Of a stretch of 64,000 bases of DNA, positions 58,157 to 64,000 are shown piece by piece. Below the pieces are notes generated by a model that made no database searches, was not told the origin of the DNA, and saw nothing but the letters and a program-made list of their open reading frames with translations. Positions within the stretch are counted from its first letter, which is position 1, and the number at the start of each line of letters is the position of its first letter. Both the position numbers and the translations under genes were made by a program. The stretch is from an uncultured Geobacter sp. (lineage in GTDB: Bacteria > Desulfobacterota > Desulfuromonadia > Geobacterales > Geobacteraceae). Where the stretch lies: positions 33-64,032 of the forward strand of contig CAIYDQ010000015.1 in NCBI GenBank assembly GCA_903925075.1, in the 5' to 3' direction.

Positions 58157-60244
58157 TCAGAAGGCGCGCATCGGCCCCAGGGCGCCCAGGCCGGCCAGCG
58201 AGAAGTTCAAGGTGAACTCCCGGTTGCCGGAGTTGCTGATGTTGCCGGGCGCGTTCGGGGTGCCGGGTCGGTCGGAAAAGGCGGCGATCACGCTCCAGCA
58301 CTGATGCTTGTACTCCAACGCGTAGCGCGACTCCAAAAAGGCGCCTCGGTCGATGGAATAGCGCCCGAGCACGCTGGCCGTGAACTGGCGGGCGATCGGA
58401 AACACCACCCGCCCTTCCAGATACTCCAGCTCGCCCCGGGAGTAGCGATATCCCAGATGCGCCATGTTGGCCCCCTCCCCTTTCACCTCGACTCCCAGGT
58501 TGCCGGTCGAAAAGTTGCCGTCCACCGGGTTGTAGCGGCTGTCGAAGCCGACGGAGACCCCCTTCAAGGGGTTCACCGTCCCCTCCAGCTTCAGGTCGGT
58601 AAAGCGGTGACCCGGGTCCACCAGGGCGAGCAGTTCGCGGCGCGTGCCGGAGATCTGGTAACCCTGGGAAAGCTTCAGGTAGAGGAGGTCGCGGTACTCG
58701 GCAGGGCCCGCCTCGGAGGCGAACTTCTCGGTGACCACGTTGGCGAGCGACCATTTGGCCATGCTTTGGCCGAGCACCTGATCGTCGTAATCGAAAAAAG
58801 CGATCCGCTGCTGCCGTTTTTGTTCCACGAAATCGTACTCAAGCGAGGGGATCAGCAGATGGCGCAGGCGGCCGTCGTACACCCGCTCCAGCGGCAGGGA
58901 AAGGATGCCGCCGGCGTCCGCCTCGCCGATTTGCTGCAGGCCGCGGTTGGCGTCGGCGCCGTGGGCGTCGTAGAAGCGCTCCCGATAGCCGCCGTAAACG
59001 GAGAGATCCAGCGGGGCCGCGGGCTTGGCGTAATAGCTGAGCCGGGGATGCAGTTCCAGCCGCTCGCCGACCGTCCCCTGGCCGCGCTGGAAGTCGACGA
59101 AGCCGGAATCCATGGAGAAGAAGACGGGACCGATTTTTTCGCCGGCGGCGGTGAAGCTCAGCGCCGGCAGCCTCTGCAGGGTGGCGTCGTTGTTGGAGGC
59201 GAGCAGGTCCTGCGTGTAGCGGGCCTCGCCGGTCAGGCCGTAGCGCTGCCACCTGCGGTCGAACGAGGCGGTCGATTCCAGCAACTGGCGGTTGTAATCG
59301 CCGGAGAGTTCGCCGTAGTCCTTGTAATAGGCGCGGTCGGCGATCAGGTGGATGTCGGAGGCGAGGGTGGTCTCGGGCGAGAGCAGTTCCAGGTGCTTCT
59401 GGTTCAGCTCGCCGCGGAATTTTTCCGCCTGCCGGTCGTAAATGCCGTACCACTGCAGGTGTCCCTCGCTGCCGCGCGGCCTCAAGTAGCGAAAGTCCCC
59501 CCCGACCCCCACCCCCCGGCGGCTCTCCAGGTCGAGGTCGAAGGTGGCGTCCTGGCTGGCGTTGATCACCCAGTAGTACGGCTGGTCGAGATAGAGTCCC
59601 TTCTTGGAGGAGTGTCCGAACTTAGGGAGCATCAGGCCGGATTGTCGCTCCCTTTTCACCGGATAGATCAGGTAGGGCGTGTAAAAAAGCGGGACGTCCC
59701 CGACGTAGAACTTCGCGTCGCGGGCGGTGGCGAACTCGTCCAGGGTGATGTCCACCCTGCTCGCCTCGAACCTCCAGCTCGGTTTGTCTCCGTCGCAGGT
59801 GGTGAAACTGCCGTTTTCGATGCGGTAGTTGTCGTCCCCGGTCTTCTCCACGACCTTGCCGTGGACCCTGAAGTTGGACTGCTTGATGAACAGTTCCCCG
59901 TTGGCAAGCTCCCCCTGCTGGGAGAGCAGATTCAAGGAGAGCCGCTCCCCTTTCAAGCTGTCCCCGTCCTTCAAAAGCAGGATCTTCCCCTCGGCCAGGG
60001 CGTCGCCGGAAAGCCTGCGGTAGATCACGCTGTCGGCCAAAAGCGAGACGCCGTCCTGAACGAGCCGAACCGAACCCTGGGCCCGATAGCTGTCGGACGG
60101 GACGTCCAGGGTGAGGACGTCCGCGTTCAGCTTCACCTCCCCGGGCTCTTGACCGGGCGCGGGCGCCAGCAGCGGCGCCGCCTGCGCCAAGGCGGCGGAG
60201 AACAGTAAATAGATTAAAAGCCGCAAGGCTCGTGCAGATTTCAT
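58157..60244 (-). CDS. lptD: LPS-assembly outer membrane protein LptD (OstA family)
   Basis: Signal peptide, an OstA_N-like region (..ADSVIYRRLSGDALAEGKILL..GDSLKGERLSLNL..), a large beta-barrel, and a C-terminal ..LGALGPMRAF. Confidence 0.88.
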   Translation of the reverse strand: MKSARALRLLIYLLFSAALAQAAPLLAPAPGQEPGEVKLNADVLTLDVPSDSYRAQGSVRLVQDGVSLLADSVIYRRLSGDALAEGKILLLKDGDSLKGERLSLNLLSQQGELANGELFIKQSNFRVHGKVVEKTGDDNYRIENGSFTTCDGDKPSWRFEASRVDITLDEFATARDAKFYVGDVPLFYTPYLIYPVKRERQSGLMLPKFGHSSKKGLYLDQPYYWVINASQDATFDLDLESRRGVGVGGDFRYLRPRGSEGHLQWYGIYDRQAEKFRGELNQKHLELLSPETTLASDIHLIADRAYYKDYGELSGDYNRQLLESTASFDRRWQRYGLTGEARYTQDLLASNNDATLQRLPALSFTAAGEKIGPVFFSMDSGFVDFQRGQGTVGERLELHPRLSYYAKPAAPLDLSVYGGYRERFYDAHGADANRGLQQIGEADAGGILSLPLERVYDGRLRHLLIPSLEYDFVEQKRQQRIAFFDYDDQVLGQSMAKWSLANVVTEKFASEAGPAEYRDLLYLKLSQGYQISGTRRELLALVDPGHRFTDLKLEGTVNPLKGVSVGFDSRYNPVDGNFSTGNLGVEVKGEGANMAHLGYRYSRGELEYLEGRVVFPIARQFTASVLGRYSIDRGAFLESRYALEYKHQCWSVIAAFSDRPGTPNAPGNISNSGNREFTLNFSLAGLGALGPMRAF

Positions 60245-60369
60245 CGCGCTCCAGGAATCACAATTTTAGAGGTCGAACCTTTTATGCTGATAACGTCAAT
60301 CGCTCACCGCGGAAGACGCCGAGGACGCGAAGAAATTCAAATACCGCAAACGAAACCGCCCTTGACATT

Positions 60370-60403
60370 CTTCGCGTACTTCGCGTCTTCGCGGTTCAAA
60401 TGC
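60370..60403 (+). repeat. CGCGAAG-type dispersed repeat
   Basis: CTTCGCGTACTTCGCGTCTTCGCGGTTCAAATGC, in the folC-lptD spacer. Confidence 0.8.
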
Positions 60404-60438
60404 TTTTCGAGGTTCATCCCGTTGCCGCCTTGCACCGT

Positions 60439-61716
60439 TCATCCCCTGAACGGATCGAAACGGCGCGACATCATGACGCTCCTGGCCTCGCCCACGGTGA
60501 ACAGGGAACCGCAGATCAGGATCAGATCGTCGGCTCCGGCCTCGGCGCGCGCCCGGGCTATGCCCTGCGCCACCGCGCCCGCCGTCTCTACGCAGCCGGC
60601 GCCCGCCCGTTGGCAACTGAGGGCCAGTTCGGCGGCCGGCAGCGCCCGCTCGATGGCCGGCGCGACCGCGAAAACGACGGCGGCGAGCGGCAAAAGCGGC
60701 GCGAGCATGCCGGAAAGCTCCTTGTCCCCCATCACTCCCAGGACCATGAAGAGCCTGCCGCGCGGGATCTCGGCCAGCGCCTCGGCCAGGGCGGCGGCGC
60801 CCGCCGGATTGTGGGCGCCGTCCAAAAGCACGCGCGGACACCCCGGAAACATCTCCATCCGGCCCGGCCACCCGGCCCGTTCGATGCCGGCGACCAGCGC
60901 CTGCGGCTGCAAGGGAAAGCCGCTCTCGGACAAAAGTTCCGCGGCGGCCAGCGCCAGGGCCTGATTGCCGCTTTGATAGCGCCCGGACAGCCCCGACTGC
61001 ACCCCCTCCAGGTTCATGGTCAATCCCCGGTAGCGAAGTTTTCCCTGCTGCCAGTCGGCGTCGAACCCCTCGCCGCAGAGGTACAGCGGCGAGCGGAGCA
61101 GGGAGGCGAACCGGGAGATCTCCCGCGCCGCGTCGGGATGCTGGCGGGCCGAGACGATGGGGGCGCCCGGCTTGCAGATGCCGACCTTTTCCCGGGCGAT
61201 CTCGGCGACGTCCTTTCCCAGGTAGTCCGTGTGCTCCAGCGAGACCGGCGTCAGCAGGCAGAGCAGGCCGTTGAAGGCGTTGGTCGCGTCGAGCCGCCCC
61301 CCCATGCCGGCCTCGAAGACGGCGATATCCACCCCCTGCTCGGCGAAATAGAGAGCCGCCAAGGCGGTGACGATCTCGAAAAAGGTGCTCTCCTCGGGAG
61401 CGGCCGCCATCACCCGTTGCGCCAGGCGCACCACCGAGGCCTCCTCGATTTCCGCGCCGTCGATGCGGATGCGCTCCGTGAAGGAGATCAGGTGCGGCGA
61501 GGTGAAGAGCCCGGTGCGGTAGCCGCCGGCGCTGAGAATCGAGGAGAGGCAGGAGGCGGACGACCCCTTGCCGTTGGTGCCGACCACGTGAACGCAGGCG
61601 AAGGCGTCCTGAGGGTCGCCCAGCGCGCCCAAGAGCTTGCTGATTCTGGCCAGGCCGGGCTTGATGCCGAACCGGCTCAGGGAGTATATGTGCGCGAGTG
61701 TCTCTGCATAGGTCAT
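60439..61716 (-). CDS. folC: Bifunctional folylpolyglutamate synthase / dihydrofolate synthase
   Basis: ..IHVVGTNGKGSSA.. (P-loop), ..FEIVTALA.., ..LDGAHNPAGA... Confidence 0.93.
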   Translation of the reverse strand: MTYAETLAHIYSLSRFGIKPGLARISKLLGALGDPQDAFACVHVVGTNGKGSSASCLSSILSAGGYRTGLFTSPHLISFTERIRIDGAEIEEASVVRLAQRVMAAAPEESTFFEIVTALAALYFAEQGVDIAVFEAGMGGRLDATNAFNGLLCLLTPVSLEHTDYLGKDVAEIAREKVGICKPGAPIVSARQHPDAAREISRFASLLRSPLYLCGEGFDADWQQGKLRYRGLTMNLEGVQSGLSGRYQSGNQALALAAAELLSESGFPLQPQALVAGIERAGWPGRMEMFPGCPRVLLDGAHNPAGAAALAEALAEIPRGRLFMVLGVMGDKELSGMLAPLLPLAAVVFAVAPAIERALPAAELALSCQRAGAGCVETAGAVAQGIARARAEAGADDLILICGSLFTVGEARSVMMSRRFDPFRG

Positions 61717-61849
61717 GACAGGCGGGGATTATAGGTAAAGCAGATGAAAAAGTCCATACAATAGGGGGGTGTCGGCTAAAATGGCACGCTCGGGCGGGGC
61801 CGGCGGAGCGGGGAGGAGCCACGGTCGCAAGTTAACGCTTCCCCTTCCC

Positions 61850-61886
61850 GTAAGTTGCGTTGAACGGCTGTATCGTGAAACGCGAA
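61850..61886 (+). repeat. REP-like element (single arm, GTAAG variant)
   Basis: GTAAGTTGCGTTGAACGGCTGTATCGTGAAACGCGAA aligns with the left arm of the 91-bp elements. Confidence 0.65.
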
Positions 61887-61926
61887 ACGCCGCCCCGGTC
61901 GCCAGCGAACTGAGTCAGAACCGTTG

Positions 61927-62040
61927 GCCACGGAGACAATCTGAGCAGATCCGAGAGAGACCAGTCAAAGGCTTAAACGAGGTGTAAGACCACACCCAAA
62001 AACCTGGTTTGCTCGGATTTTCTCAGATTTTCTCCGTGGC
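61927..62040. repeat. Long imperfect inverted repeat (29-30-bp arms, ~55-nt loop) in the accD-folC spacer
   Basis: GCCACGGAGACAATCTGAGCAGATCCGAG (61927-61955) against the reverse complement of GCTCGGATTTTCTCAGATTTTCTCCGTGGC (62011-62040), with 3 mismatches. Confidence 0.8.
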
Positions 62041-62047
62041 GAATTGT

Positions 62048-62893
62048 TTATCGGTAAAGCATCTTCAAGATGCCGGAGAGCTGGGACTTCATCTTGCTCC
62101 GGTCCACGATCAGGTCCACCATGCCGTGGTCGAGCAGATACTCCGCCCGCTGGAAACCCTCGGGAAGCTTCTGCCTGATGGTCTGCTCGATCACCCTCGG
62201 ACCGGCGAAACCGATCAGCGCCTTGGGCTCGGACATGTTGATGTCCCCCAGCATGGCGAAACTGGCGGTTACCCCGCCGGTGGTGGGATCGGTCAGGATG
62301 GAGATAAAGGGAAGCCCCGCCTCGCGCAGCTTCGCCAGCGCCGCCGAGGTCTTGGCCATCTGCATGAGCGACAGTATGCTCTCCTGCATCCTGGCGCCGC
62401 CGGAGGCGGAGACGATCACCACCGGGGTACGGTCGGTCAGGGCGCGCTCGATGCCGCGGGTGATCTTCTCGCCGACCACGCTCCCCATGCTGCCGCCCAT
62501 GAAGGAGAAATCGAAGACGCAGATCTGCACCGGGGTCCCTTCGACCTCGCCCCGGCCGCAAATGATGGCGTCCTTGCTCCCCCCCTTGGCCAGCGCCGCG
62601 TCGATGCGATCCTGATAGCTCTTGGTGTCCTTGAAGGCGAGGGAATCGACCGATACCATGCCGGCGTCGAACTCCGAGAAACTCCCCTCGTCCAGCAGCA
62701 GTTCCAGCCGCCTGCGGGCCGAAACCCGGTAGTGGTGGTTGCACTTGGGGCAGACGTTGAGGTTGCTTTCGATGTCCTTCGTGTAGATGGTCTCGCCGCA
62801 GCTGACGCACTTCGTCCAAAGCCCCTCGGGCACCTTCACCTTGTGGTCCGGCCCCTTCGCCTGCGGCGGATTGTCTCTCTTAAACCAAGCCAT
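62048..62893 (-). CDS. accD: Acetyl-CoA carboxylase carboxyltransferase beta subunit
   Basis: MAWFKR......[17 protein letters not shown]...[14 protein letters not shown] (zinc ribbon), then the carboxyltransferase core ..[12 protein letters not shown]... Confidence 0.95.
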   Translation of the reverse strand: MAWFKRDNPPQAKGPDHKVKVPEGLWTKCVSCGETIYTKDIESNLNVCPKCNHHYRVSARRRLELLLDEGSFSEFDAGMVSVDSLAFKDTKSYQDRIDAALAKGGSKDAIICGRGEVEGTPVQICVFDFSFMGGSMGSVVGEKITRGIERALTDRTPVVIVSASGGARMQESILSLMQMAKTSAALAKLREAGLPFISILTDPTTGGVTASFAMLGDINMSEPKALIGFAGPRVIEQTIRQKLPEGFQRAEYLLDHGMVDLIVDRSKMKSQLSGILKMLYR

Positions 62894-63024
62894 GTGTGCC
62901 CTCTTCTGGGGAAATATCCCGCTCTTTTTTGGTCCATGAAATTGACGTTGCGCTCCCTGGCGGATCACGGACGTCATGTCGAACAAGCTGCGCCCTGCGC
63001 TGCGGCGCTCGGAGATGCGGGGGA

Positions 63025-63831
63025 TCACCCGGCGGAACACGCCCGCATCCCTTGCTTCAAGGCGGAGACGCTCCCGCCCAGCAGCTGCAGCAGTTCCGCG
63101 CCCCGATAGTTCTCGAAAAGCTTCACCAGCGCGCTCCCCACCACCACGCCGTCGGCGACCTCGGCCACCTTTGCTGCCTGGGAGGGATCGGAGATGCCGA
63201 AGCCGACCACCAGCGGCAGGCTCAACGCCGCGCGCACCTCCGTCACCCGCGCCGCCAGCGTGTCCGCCAGCTCGCTGCGCGCGCCGGTGACCCCGTTGAC
63301 CGAGACGTAGTAGATGAAGCCGCTTCCCAGCCGGGAGACCGCCTCGATCCTGGAGCTGTCCGAGGTGGGCGTCAACAGGAAGATCAGATCGATGCCGCGC
63401 AGGTCGGTGGCGCCCTTCAGCTCGGCCGCCTCCTCCGGCGGCAGGTCGACCACCAGCAGGCCGTCCACCCCGGCGGCGGCCGCGTCCGCCGCGAAGCGCT
63501 CGGCACCGTAGATGAAGATCGGGTTGAAGTATCCCATCAGCACGATCGGCACCTGGCTTTGCTCGCGAATCCTGGCCACCATCGCCAGTATCCCCGGCAG
63601 CGTGGTCCCGGAAGAGAGCGCGCGGTCCGAGGAAAGCTGGATGGTGGGTCCGTCCGCCATCGGGTCGGAGAACGGCACCCCCAGCTCTATCAGGTCGGCG
63701 CCCGCGCGCTCCAGTTCCAGCACGACCTGCTCGGTCGTGGCCAGATCCGGATCTCCGGCGGTGACGAAGGTCACCAGCGCCGTCTCCCCGCGCTCGCGCA
63801 ACGCCTTGAATCTATCCTCAATCCTCCCCAT
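63025..63831 (-). CDS. trpA: Tryptophan synthase alpha chain
   Basis: ..[13 protein letters not shown].., ..[21 protein letters not shown].., ..GFIYYVS..GVTG... Confidence 0.95.
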   Translation of the reverse strand: MGRIEDRFKALRERGETALVTFVTAGDPDLATTEQVVLELERAGADLIELGVPFSDPMADGPTIQLSSDRALSSGTTLPGILAMVARIREQSQVPIVLMGYFNPIFIYGAERFAADAAAAGVDGLLVVDLPPEEAAELKGATDLRGIDLIFLLTPTSDSSRIEAVSRLGSGFIYYVSVNGVTGARSELADTLAARVTEVRAALSLPLVVGFGISDPSQAAKVAEVADGVVVGSALVKLFENYRGAELLQLLGGSVSALKQGMRACSAG

Positions 63832-63865
63832 CAGGCACTCCTTGGTTGCAGCTTTTTATCGTTGG

Positions 63866-64000
63866 TCAAATCTTGAAGGCTTCCATCTCCAGCTTCAAAA
63901 GCTCGGTCTGCTTGAACAGCTTGTAGACCGAATCGTCCATCACCCGGGTCGCCTCCAGGTTCGCCTCGGTCGCGGCCTCGATCTCGGCCACCGAGCTGAC
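63866..64000 (-). CDS. 3' end of an unidentified CDS (start outside the window)
   Basis: The minus-strand frame reads ..VSSVAEIEAATEANLEATRVMDDSVYKLFKQTELLKLEMEAFKI* with its stop at 63866-63868. The fragment is helical/coiled-coil-like and is not a TrpB C-terminus. Confidence 0.4.
   Translation of the reverse strand, partial: VSSVAEIEAATEANLEATRVMDDSVYKLFKQTELLKLEMEAFKI

Overview
High-GC bacterial chromosomal window. Gene content suggests a Geobacter-like Desulfuromonadota genome, but that is inference from content, not a search result. Most of it is housekeeping or core metabolism, largely on the minus strand: ruvB, an Hda/DnaA-family ATPase, an ABC-F ATPase, trpB, trmL, livKHMGF, a three-subunit succinate dehydrogenase/fumarate reductase, tgt, mazG, ogt, murJ, a tungsten-type aldehyde:ferredoxin oxidoreductase, GDP-mannose and dTDP-rhamnose genes, lptD, folC, accD and trpA. 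There is also a three-gene PAS/GAF two-component cluster. I found no rRNA, tRNA, CRISPR array, transposase, integrase or reverse transcriptase. Four things stand out. (1) A roughly 5-kb low-GC island (about 25.1-30.2 kb) carries a wHTH-Fic protein with a degenerate, Doc-like active-site motif, an operator-like repeat array, and a 980-aa orphan TPR-like protein. This is my best candidate for an undescribed two-gene system, with no function assigned. (2) A ~118-nt noncoding module (22-bp perfect palindrome plus T-run) occurs twice in inverted orientation, 41 kb apart. It is either a candidate sRNA gene or an inversion substrate. (3) Several dispersed repeat families fill the intergenic regions, including REP/BIME-like hairpins that start with GTAG. 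(4) A cluster of DnaA boxes sits in an AT-rich spacer away from any dnaA gene. All calls rest on reading the sequence and the translated ORFs. No database search or computation was run, and start codons are my best choice from RBS and overlap context.
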